Assembly (NCBI GenBank): GCA_050258455.1
Contig: JBLMYT010000114.1
Coordinates: forward strand, 55,995 to 119,994
DNA length: 64,000 nucleotides
Direction: 5' to 3'
From: Candidatus Omnitrophota bacterium
Lineage (GTDB): Bacteria > Acidobacteriota > Aminicenantia > UBA2199
Positions within the stretch are counted from its first letter, which is position 1, and each line of letters opens with the position of its first letter. A program made the translations under genes and the position numbers. This document shows, one piece after another, positions 19,839 through 28,216 of the stretch. The notes beneath the pieces were generated by a model, which saw only the letters and a list, made by a program, of their open reading frames with translations, was not told the DNA's origin and did no database searches.

Positions 19839-21740
19839 ATGAGAAACCTTGAAAATATACATCAAGCGTTAATACAAATTTTTAGAGCGAGTCTTTGCCG
19901 GGAAGGGTCTTTGGAAGAATTAGCAAGGATTTGCCATGACGAATTCATCCAGTTAATGGATACCGATAAAGCTAAAAATTTTTATATTGCCGTTCATGTG
20001 GGGGATTACAACTACCTTCTGCCGTACTACAAAGACGAAAAGGATTCGTATCATCCCACCAATGCCCCCTACAATTTAAAAGGCGGCCTCACCGACCATA
20101 TCATGAGGACTGGGAAAACCGAGTTAATCGATAAGAAAAGACTCGCGTATCTTCTGGAACAGGGAATTGTCAAGGGAGTGATCGGCTCCGAACCCCAGGA
20201 GTGGCTGGGCACGCCCCTGATTTATGGGGGGCGGCAACTCGGTGTCATGGGAATTTTTACCTATGAACCCCATATCCATTACTCCGAAGAGGATGTGGAA
20301 TTGTTCGATGCCTTGTCCGGGGATATCGCTCTGGCGATCGAACGCAAGAATAGAGACCGGGAATCCAACGAAGTTAAAGAAAACCTTGAAATAAGAGTCC
20401 AGAAAAAGTCCGAGGAAATCTTAAAGAAAAATACCGAGCTCAAACGGGAGATCGGGAAAGTCAAAAAGAGCGAAAAAATTCAGCGGGTGCTTTTCAATAT
20501 CTCCGAGGCGAAAAGCAAAGAAAAAAACCTTTCCGACTTGTTGAAAAAGATCCACGAACAGGTAAAATCCTTAATGGATGCCACCAATTTTTATGTGGCC
20601 ATTGTCGTGGATAAAGAAAAGGGGCTCTACCGTTTCCCCTATATCACCGATGAGAACCCCGAAGAGCTCGAAGATCCTGAAGATGTCGTGGATGTTTCCA
20701 ACGGACTCACCCATTTCGTATTAAAAACCGAACAGGCCTTACTGGGGGATCGCCCGGCCCTGTTGGCCTTAAAATCCGCCTACAATGTCGGGGTCGTGGG
20801 AAAACTCCCCTACTCCTGGCTGGGGATTCCGTTACGCACCGACCACGGGGAAATCCTGGGGGTGGTTGCCGTTCAAAGTTACACCGACCCCGAAGCCTAC
20901 AATCATACAGACAAAAAGATTTTATCCATTATTTCAACCAGCATTGCCGATGCCGTCAAACACAAGCAACTGGAAGAAGAAAAAGTCATCCTGGAAGAAA
21001 AACTGCTGGACTTAAAGAAAATGGAAGCCATGGGCATTCTGGCCTCGGGCGTCGCCCATGAATTCAATAATCTCCTGAGTATCATCATGGGACACGCGTA
21101 TACCGGCATGCTGGAAAGTATGAAAGGCGATTACAATTACAAACGCTATGAAAAAATCGAAAGAGCCGGCGAACGCGCCGCCGAATTGATCGAAAAACTG
21201 ATGATCCTGGCCCAGAAGCGGGACAAGGAAAAAATTTATATCAAAGAAATCGATAAAGCCATTGAAACCGCGGTGACCGGGTTTCAGCAACGCGTCCAAA
21301 ACCAGGGTAAGTTCGAAATCCTTATCGATATCAAAGAAAAACTGTGGCCGGTTCTCTTCGGTTGGCATGAAATCGACGATATCATGATCAACCTGCTGGA
21401 AAATGCGTTTCATGCCATCTCCGGGCAAAACGCAGGAGACGGTCAAATCCGGATTTCAGCGGAAAACCTCCATAACCGATCGCCCAATGCGTCCTTTTTA
21501 AAGAATTCGGTCAAATACATCTACCTCAAAATCTCAGACAATGGTCACGGCATGGACAAATGCACCATGGCTCAAATATTTAATCCCTTTTTTACGACCA
21601 AAGAACCGGGAAAAGGCACCGGCCTGGGCCTGGCGATTGTGTTTTCGATTATCAAAAAATACGAAGGCATGATCGACGTCGAATCCGAACCCGGAAAGGG
21701 AACGACCTTTCACATCTTTTTACCTTCCACGGAAAGTTAA
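19839..21740 (+). CDS. Cytoplasmic sensor histidine kinase with tandem GAF domains
   Basis: Two GAF-like regions are present. The HisKA H-box is [16 protein letters not shown] and the HATPase_c motifs are DNGHGM and GTGLGLAIV. Confidence 0.85.
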   Translation: MRNLENIHQALIQIFRASLCREGSLEELARICHDEFIQLMDTDKAKNFYIAVHVGDYNYLLPYYKDEKDSYHPTNAPYNLKGGLTDHIMRTGKTELIDKKRLAYLLEQGIVKGVIGSEPQEWLGTPLIYGGRQLGVMGIFTYEPHIHYSEEDVELFDALSGDIALAIERKNRDRESNEVKENLEIRVQKKSEEILKKNTELKREIGKVKKSEKIQRVLFNISEAKSKEKNLSDLLKKIHEQVKSLMDATNFYVAIVVDKEKGLYRFPYITDENPEELEDPEDVVDVSNGLTHFVLKTEQALLGDRPALLALKSAYNVGVVGKLPYSWLGIPLRTDHGEILGVVAVQSYTDPEAYNHTDKKILSIISTSIADAVKHKQLEEEKVILEEKLLDLKKMEAMGILASGVAHEFNNLLSIIMGHAYTGMLESMKGDYNYKRYEKIERAGERAAELIEKLMILAQKRDKEKIYIKEIDKAIETAVTGFQQRVQNQGKFEILIDIKEKLWPVLFGWHEIDDIMINLLENAFHAISGQNAGDGQIRISAENLHNRSPNASFLKNSVKYIYLKISDNGHGMDKCTMAQIFNPFFTTKEPGKGTGLGLAIVFSIIKKYEGMIDVESEPGKGTTFHIFLPSTES

Positions 21741-21783
21741 CCTTCCAAACCATCCCCTTCATAGCCTTTACTGACTTTTTTAA

Positions 21784-21836
21784 GGGCGATTCGCGAATCG
21801 CCCCTACCAAAATTGGGGCGCACCGCGGTGCGCCCC
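21784..21836. repeat. Two adjacent REP-like palindromes (GGGCGATTCGCGAATCGCCCCTAC and GGGGCGCACCGCGGTGCGCCCC) in a convergent intergenic region
   Basis: They are perfect 10-bp and 9-bp stems. The second is a variant of the GGGCGCAC..GTGCGCCC family. Confidence 0.6.
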
Positions 21837-21871
21837 GATAAACTATTCTTTAATCCTATTACTTCCAACGA

Positions 21872-23536
21872 TTATTTCTTTTCGTCCTGTTTCACAGGGG
21901 TTTTAAGATAACGGTCCCCGGATTCCTGGACAATCTTTTTGTACCAGGATTTCGGATACTCGGGATGGGTAATATTGCCCTTTTCGTCTCTCACGTTGCC
22001 ATCCAGATACTTCACGATTAACGATTCACCCAATTTTTTCCATCGGGCAACCACCGCATCGCCTTCTGAGGCCGAGTAATTGGAGAGATACTCCCGGGCC
22101 AATTCGGGTCCGGTTTTGTATAACGCCAGAGCGGTTTTATCCACTTCCGGCTGGTCGGCAAAGAATTTCCCTTCCAGTTCGCGCTGAACGACCTGAACAT
22201 CCTGGATCATGTCACAATACCGGGAATAGGTGTAATTGGCCACAAAGTTAAAAACCCAAAACGCCGAGTCCCAACTGAAATGGTGAAAGTCCGCCGTGCC
22301 CCGGGCAAAGCTTTTCGGAACTTTTTTGATTCCGCAGTACATGGGGATATACACCGTGCTGTACGTGTCATCGACACCAAACCACGTGATCCCGCCAATG
22401 ATATTCGGCAACCAGGATCGGCACTGAGAGACGAAGGAGTATCCCGTTTGCTGCGTGGAAACGGCCCGTTCGTGAACGTATTCCGGGGCGTCTTTTTTAT
22501 CTTTATCTTCCAGTTTCCATTCCATGGGGCGCCAGCGATAGGGCAGCGCAAAGGGGCCGGCCCCGACGTCCTGGGTCATATCCATGGGGGTTCCTTCGTA
22601 ATGATCTCGCATCAGTTCCATGACATCCCGAACCGATAATTTTTTATCCGGTTTGATCCATAAAGGCATGACATTTTTCGGGTTGTGCCCCAGGGCATAA
22701 TCCAAATATTTCTCTACCTGTTTCGAATCCGGGGTCACCCGGTGAAACATGCACCAAACCCTGGCTTCGCAGGCACGCAGACCGCCAAAGTCGGGAGGCG
22801 CATACGCATCCACGAAACTAAAGTCTTCGTCTTTCCCGTTAAAGTATCCTTTTTCCCGGGCAAATGAAATGGTATCCGGTGCGTACATGCAATTTAATTT
22901 ATCGTTTAACGGAAATTGACGGATCCTTGCCTGGTTGGCGTGGCCGCTGATATACCCATCGGGAACGCGTCGGGCCACCCACACGGCGCCTTTTTTGTCC
23001 GGGCCTTTGGAAATCATATCCATGATCCAGACTTCATTGGGATCGGCAATGGAAAACGATTCCCCTGTGCTGTAATATCCGTATTCGGCGACCAGTTCGC
23101 CCATCACGCGGATCGCGTCCCGGGCGGTTTTGGCTCTTTGGAGTGCCAGGTTCATCAGGCTGACGTAATCGATCAGCGCCTTCGGGTCCTTTAATTCCTC
23201 ACGGCCGCCGAAAGTCGTTTCACCGATCGTGACCTGATGTTCATTGATCAGCCCGACAACTGCATAGGTATGGGCCGCTTGTTTGATTTTACCGAGGTAT
23301 TTTCCGGTATCTCCTTCATAGATATCCACCAGGGTTCCCTCGCGGTAATCGGCTGCGGGTAAATATTGAAGCTCACCGTATAATTCATGAGAATCGGCAG
23401 AATAAGTGATCATGGTGCTTCCGTCAGTCGAAGCACCTTTGGTGATTAAATAATTCGTGCATGCGTGTATCGAGATGTTGAAAGCCAACACCGACAAGGC
23501 GATTCCCATTGTCACCATTAATAGAATTCTTTTCAT
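21872..23536 (-). CDS. Secreted C69-family dipeptidase (Ntn-hydrolase type)
   Basis: The signal peptide is immediately followed by Cys (AFNISIHA-CTNYLITKGASTDGS). An N-terminal nucleophile cysteine right after the signal peptide is the hallmark of peptidase family C69. Confidence 0.7.
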   Translation of the reverse strand: MKRILLMVTMGIALSVLAFNISIHACTNYLITKGASTDGSTMITYSADSHELYGELQYLPAADYREGTLVDIYEGDTGKYLGKIKQAAHTYAVVGLINEHQVTIGETTFGGREELKDPKALIDYVSLMNLALQRAKTARDAIRVMGELVAEYGYYSTGESFSIADPNEVWIMDMISKGPDKKGAVWVARRVPDGYISGHANQARIRQFPLNDKLNCMYAPDTISFAREKGYFNGKDEDFSFVDAYAPPDFGGLRACEARVWCMFHRVTPDSKQVEKYLDYALGHNPKNVMPLWIKPDKKLSVRDVMELMRDHYEGTPMDMTQDVGAGPFALPYRWRPMEWKLEDKDKKDAPEYVHERAVSTQQTGYSFVSQCRSWLPNIIGGITWFGVDDTYSTVYIPMYCGIKKVPKSFARGTADFHHFSWDSAFWVFNFVANYTYSRYCDMIQDVQVVQRELEGKFFADQPEVDKTALALYKTGPELAREYLSNYSASEGDAVVARWKKLGESLIVKYLDGNVRDEKGNITHPEYPKSWYKKIVQESGDRYLKTPVKQDEKK

Positions 23537-23945
23537 GATTTCATTTCTCCTTTTAATGAATGATTAAGATATGACGTTTTGATTGGTTATGAACCATATT
23601 ATAAACCATATATTATTGTATAAAAAAGATTGTATCGTGTCAATCTCTTTGTGTTTTTATAGTTGGTAATTCCCTGCGCATTGTGGGGGGGTTCCGATCA
23701 AAAGTTGGAGGGTATCGATCAAAAGAAACCGGAAAAAGATATCGAAATGACAGAATCCGACGAGTAATCAAAATCTGAAAAAGGGGCAGGGCATGAAGAT
23801 GCCCGACCCTGTCAGGGTTACATTTTCAATTTCAGTTGAATCCTCACGAATCAATGTTGCCATCGATTGGCAAAGTACAGCATCCGAACCATTTTTTCAA
23901 CTTTACTTTATTCATCAGGGAATAGTAAATAGAAATACCAGGAAA

Positions 23946-23974
23946 TTGAAAAAAGATCCAAAATATGGTATTAT
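23946..23974 (+). promoter_or_regulatory. Candidate sigma70-type promoter for the NRPS operon: TTGAAA-17 nt-TATTAT, with TG at the extended -10 position
   Basis: The -35 element is at 23946-23951, the TG is at 23966-23967 and the -10 element is at 23969-23974. This lies about 150 nt upstream of the NRPS-1 ATG in a 585-bp AT-rich divergent intergenic region. It is a pattern match only. Confidence 0.3.
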
Positions 23975-24121
23975 TTATTTTAAAAGTGGGGACTATTGGT
24001 TTCATTTGAGCTCTCCCAAAACAAAGACAAAATTTAAATTTATGATAGACGTATAGAAGCGTTGGCAGAAGCTGCCATCGTTCAAACAATCGATTATTCA
24101 GACAAGATAAGGAGTGATACC

Positions 24122-27100
24122 ATGTACAGGAGTGGTCTATCCGATTTCGATCGGTTATGGATTGCTGCAGGAAAAAAGGCCAAAGAAAAACAATATTGGA
24201 CCGAAAAATTATCCGGAAAATTGTCAACCAGTCGTTTTCCATATTCTCATTTTCATAAAGACGTAATTACCGAAAACTTATATAGCCATTCGGTTTACCT
24301 CGGTTTTGATGAGCATATATCTTCGCAATTGGTAAAATGGAGTGCGAATTCCGATATCCGCCTTCACATTATATTAAGCGCCGTACTGACACTTTTACTC
24401 TCAAAATATACGGGTAATGAGGATATCATTATGGGTACGCCGGTTTCTCACGGAGGACACGGAGAAACAAATGAAGATGCGGCTGTTATCAATACGGTCT
24501 TGGCATTACGTCATCAACTGAATGGTGAAATGCCGTTCAAGGAATTGCTGTTCCAGGTCAGACAAACCATCATTGAAGCGGATGAAAACCAGAATTATCC
24601 GTTTGAAGTATTGGTCAGGCAATTGGAAACGCCGTTTTCAGAGGAGGGGTGTCCCCTTTTCGATGTCGCGGTGGTATTGGAAAACATTCAGAATAAAGAG
24701 CATCTTTCAGCAATTAATCCAAAAGTCATCTTTTCGTTTTTACGGATTGAAAAACATATTGAAGGCAAAATAATATATAACACGCATTTTTATCATCGGC
24801 AGATGATTGAACGCATTGCCCTTCATTTTGGGCATATTGTGGAAATCATATTATCCGATCCCAATAGGAAGATATCGGAGATCGAGGTCATCACCGAAAA
24901 TGAAAAGAGACAATTATTAAATGATTTTAACAATACGGCGGCGGAATATCCGAAAGATAAAACCATTCATGAATTATTTGAAGATCAGGCAGAGAAAACG
25001 CCGGATCATATAGCAGTTATAGGTTCAATTTCTGTGCGGGCGCTTCGCCAATTATCCCTACAAATTTCCTATCGACAACTGAATGAACGATCCGAACAAT
25101 TGGCGAATAAATTAATCCAAGAAAACGTTCAACCCGATATTATTGTGGGTATAAAGATCGGGCGCTCGGTTGAGATGATTATCGGAATTTTGGGAATATT
25201 AAAAGCAGGTGGCGCATATTTACCCATTGATCCGGATTACCCGCAGGAACGGATTGATTATATGGTAAAGGATAGTGGTGCGGCATTGTTGGTTACCACC
25301 AACCATGAAGAAGGTGAGAAGTTAAGAAGTTGGGAAGTTAAGAAAGTGCTCTTTTTAGATCCTCTTAATCTCTCAGCTTCTCAACCTCTTAACTTCTCTT
25401 TAAATTCCGTAGGGGCAGATCCGTGTATCTGCCCGAGTACTTCTCTATTACCGGTAATCGGTAACCGGCCACTGGCCACTTCTCTCGCTTATGTTATTTA
25501 TACCTCCGGTTCAACCGGAAGTCCCAAAGGAGTAATGGTCGAGCATCGAAACGTTATTCGTTTAGTGAAAAATACGAATTTCATTGATTTTCAACCCGAA
25601 GATCGATTATTACAAACCGGGGCATTGGCGTTTGATGCCTCCACGTTTGAAATATGGGGCGCGTTGTTAAATGGTCTTAGCCTTCATCTGATGGATAAAG
25701 AAGACGTATTGAACCCGGATAAATTAAAGAAGCGCATGATTGAGCATCAAATCACCATCATGTGGATGACATCCCCGTTCTTTAATCAGATGGTGCAAAG
25801 TAATGAAGAAATCTTTGGACCTCTTCGTTATTTATTGGTTGGGGGCGATGTCTTATCCCCGTCGCATATCGATCGGGTACGAAAGCGGTTTCCCGGTTTG
25901 AGGGTTGTTAATGGTTATGGGCCGACCGAGAATACGACTTTTTCCACCACGTTTTTGATCGATAAGGATGATGAGGAAAAGATTCCCATCGGTAAACCCA
26001 TTGCCAATTCAACCGCTTATGTTGTGGATAGACATGGAGCTCTGCAACCGGTCGGAATTGCCGGAGAATTGTGGGTTGGAGGGGACGGTGTATCCCGCGG
26101 GTATTTAAACAACCCGGAATTGACGGCCCAGAAATTTTCCTCTGTGCCCTCCGTGACCTCTGTGGCTAAAAATTTATACAAAACCGGGGACCTGTGCCAG
26201 TGGATGGAGGACGGCAATATCGAATTCTTGGGTCGCATCGATCAGCAGGTAAAGATCAGAGGATTTCGCATTGAATTGGAAGAAATCGAGCATCGATTAT
26301 TGAAGCATCCGGCCATTCAAGACGCTGTCATTGTTGTGAAACACGATAAATATAAAAACAAGTATCTCTGCGCTTATATTGTTTCAAAAGATCCCTGTGA
26401 TCCCGCCCAATTAAGAGAATACCTAATAAAATATTTACCGGATTACATGATCCCGTCCCATTTCGGGCTCATAGAGAAAATACCGCTAACTCCGAATGGT
26501 AAAGTCGACCGGAAAGCATTACCCGAAATAAAGGTGAAAACAGGCCCGGATTATGTTGGGGCCGGGGATACGATCGAAGAAAAATTGTCAGCCATATGGT
26601 CCGATGTTCTGGAAATCGAAAAAAACGCCATTGGGATTCATGACAATTTTTTCAATCTGGGTGGACATTCCTTAAAGGCCGTTCGATTAATTTCTGAAAT
26701 TCATAACCAACTAAGTGTCAAATTATCCCTAACGGAAATATTCGCCTTTCCAACGGTAAAGGATTTGGCCGGGTATATAAGGGGCGCGCGCAGAAATGAA
26801 TATGCAATGATCGAGACGGTGGAAGAAAGAGAATACTATGACGTGGCCCAGGCCCAGGAACGGTTATGGATATTGGATCAGGTCCAAACGGAACTGACCG
26901 CTTACAATATTCCCGGTTATGTGGTATTCGAAAATTTGAATCGCAACGCTCTTCAACAGGCATTCGAATCGTTAATAAAACGCCATGAAATTTTGAGGAC
27001 CACGTTTATCACCGTAAATGGGGAACTCAAACAAAAAGTGCATGATTTTAAAAATCATGATATCCGGATAAATTATCTCGATTTGAGAAGAGAAGAAAAA

Positions 27101-28213
27101 AGAGGAGCCATCGTTGAAAGCTTAAAAGAAAAAGAAATGAGTACACCGTTTAACCTGGAAAAAGGTCCCTTATTAAGGAGCACATTGCTCCATGTCGAAG
27201 ATCATCGGTATATATTTTTATATACCCTGCATCATATTATTTCGGATGGATGGTCGATGGATATCCTACAAACGGAATTTATGACCCTTTATCAAGCGTA
27301 TTGCAGCGGTCAAGAGAACCCCTTGCCACCCCTTCGGATTCAATACAAAGATTACACCTACTGGCAGATGAAGCAATTGGCCGGCGAAAACTTAAAAAAC
27401 CACGAAGATTATTGGTTGAACCGGTTTAATGGCGACCTACCGGTTCTGGAACTGCCCCTCGATTACCCTCGCTCGGAACTACGGTCATTTGCGGGCGAAT
27501 TTATCCTATTTTCGTTAAGTAAGGAAATGACCGGACACTTAAAACGGATGTGCAATGAATTGGGCACCACTCTGTTTATCATCTTGCTGGCAATGGTAAA
27601 GGTTTTCTTGTATCGATATACAGGCCAAACGGACATTATTGTTGGAACTCCGGTTGCCGGTAGAGACCATAAAGACCTGGAAAATCAAATCGGTTTTTAT
27701 GTAAACATGTTGGCATTAAGAAATCAACTAACCAAAGGTCAGAGTTTCAGAGACGTTTTGGAAATGGTTAAACGCAGTACCCTGGAAGCCTTTGAACACC
27801 AGGTCTATCCCTTTGACCGTCTGGTTCATGAGTTAAAGGCCGTAAAGGATCTGAGTCGTCATCCCTTGTTTGATGTGGTGGTAATTTTAAGAAACCCCAT
27901 GAACGCGCCGGAACAAGTAAACCTGAGGACATTGCCGGAAGCAAATAGAGACGACGAATGGGTTGAAAACGGAGTAGAGGCCAGTAAGTTTGATTTAGGC
28001 TTAGGCTTCACCGACCAGGGCGATCAAATCATTGCCCATTTCAGATACAATGCGCAATTATTTAAAAGAGAACGAATCATGCTTATACGGGAACGGTTTA
28101 TCGGGTTGATGACAGATATTGTTTCCCATCTGGATAAAGAAATAGATGACCTCATGTTTACGTCTGAAGCAGAGAAAGGAAAACCGAAAAACAAATTTAA
28201 AGGAGGATTTTAA
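24122..28213 (+). CDS. NRPS 1 (one module): orphan C-domain C-lobe, then A, PCP and a complete C domain
   Basis: The ATG at 24122 follows AAGGAG at 24108-24113. The A-domain cores present are A1 ISYRQLNERSEQLA, A2 LKAGGAYLPIDPDYP, A3 LAYVIYTSGSTGSPKGV, A5 NGYGPTE, A6 GELWVGGDGVSRGYL, A7 YKTGD, A8 GRIDQQVKIRGFRIELEEIE and A10 NGKVDRKALPE. The PCP motif is LGGHSLKAV. The C domain carries HHIISDGWS. The stop is 3 nt before NRPS 2. Confidence 0.9.
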   Translation: MYRSGLSDFDRLWIAAGKKAKEKQYWTEKLSGKLSTSRFPYSHFHKDVITENLYSHSVYLGFDEHISSQLVKWSANSDIRLHIILSAVLTLLLSKYTGNEDIIMGTPVSHGGHGETNEDAAVINTVLALRHQLNGEMPFKELLFQVRQTIIEADENQNYPFEVLVRQLETPFSEEGCPLFDVAVVLENIQNKEHLSAINPKVIFSFLRIEKHIEGKIIYNTHFYHRQMIERIALHFGHIVEIILSDPNRKISEIEVITENEKRQLLNDFNNTAAEYPKDKTIHELFEDQAEKTPDHIAVIGSISVRALRQLSLQISYRQLNERSEQLANKLIQENVQPDIIVGIKIGRSVEMIIGILGILKAGGAYLPIDPDYPQERIDYMVKDSGAALLVTTNHEEGEKLRSWEVKKVLFLDPLNLSASQPLNFSLNSVGADPCICPSTSLLPVIGNRPLATSLAYVIYTSGSTGSPKGVMVEHRNVIRLVKNTNFIDFQPEDRLLQTGALAFDASTFEIWGALLNGLSLHLMDKEDVLNPDKLKKRMIEHQITIMWMTSPFFNQMVQSNEEIFGPLRYLLVGGDVLSPSHIDRVRKRFPGLRVVNGYGPTENTTFSTTFLIDKDDEEKIPIGKPIANSTAYVVDRHGALQPVGIAGELWVGGDGVSRGYLNNPELTAQKFSSVPSVTSVAKNLYKTGDLCQWMEDGNIEFLGRIDQQVKIRGFRIELEEIEHRLLKHPAIQDAVIVVKHDKYKNKYLCAYIVSKDPCDPAQLREYLIKYLPDYMIPSHFGLIEKIPLTPNGKVDRKALPEIKVKTGPDYVGAGDTIEEKLSAIWSDVLEIEKNAIGIHDNFFNLGGHSLKAVRLISEIHNQLSVKLSLTEIFAFPTVKDLAGYIRGARRNEYAMIETVEEREYYDVAQAQERLWILDQVQTELTAYNIPGYVVFENLNRNALQQAFESLIKRHEILRTTFITVNGELKQKVHDFKNHDIRINYLDLRREEKRGAIVESLKEKEMSTPFNLEKGPLLRSTLLHVEDHRYIFLYTLHHIISDGWSMDILQTEFMTLYQAYCSGQENPLPPLRIQYKDYTYWQMKQLAGENLKNHEDYWLNRFNGDLPVLELPLDYPRSELRSFAGEFILFSLSKEMTGHLKRMCNELGTTLFIILLAMVKVFLYRYTGQTDIIVGTPVAGRDHKDLENQIGFYVNMLALRNQLTKGQSFRDVLEMVKRSTLEAFEHQVYPFDRLVHELKAVKDLSRHPLFDVVVILRNPMNAPEQVNLRTLPEANRDDEWVENGVEASKFDLGLGFTDQGDQIIAHFRYNAQLFKRERIMLIRERFIGLMTDIVSHLDKEIDDLMFTSEAEKGKPKNKFKGGF
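25321..25440. repeat. MITE/REP-like element embedded in frame in the NRPS-1 A-domain A2-A3 loop. The left end GTTAAGAAGTTGGGAAGTTAAGAAAG is identical to 36739-36764, and the internal palindrome GTAGGGGCAGATCCGTGTATCTGCCC is at 25409-25434.
   Basis: The left terminus is an identical 26-mer shared with the second copy. Imperfect terminal inverted repeats are present (GAAGTTAAGAA ... TCTTAACTTC). The encoded peptide, LRSWEVKKVLFLDPLNLSASQPLNFSLNSVGADPCICPSTSLL, is low-complexity and unlike canonical A-domain sequence. Confidence 0.55.
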
Positions 28214-28216
28214 TCA

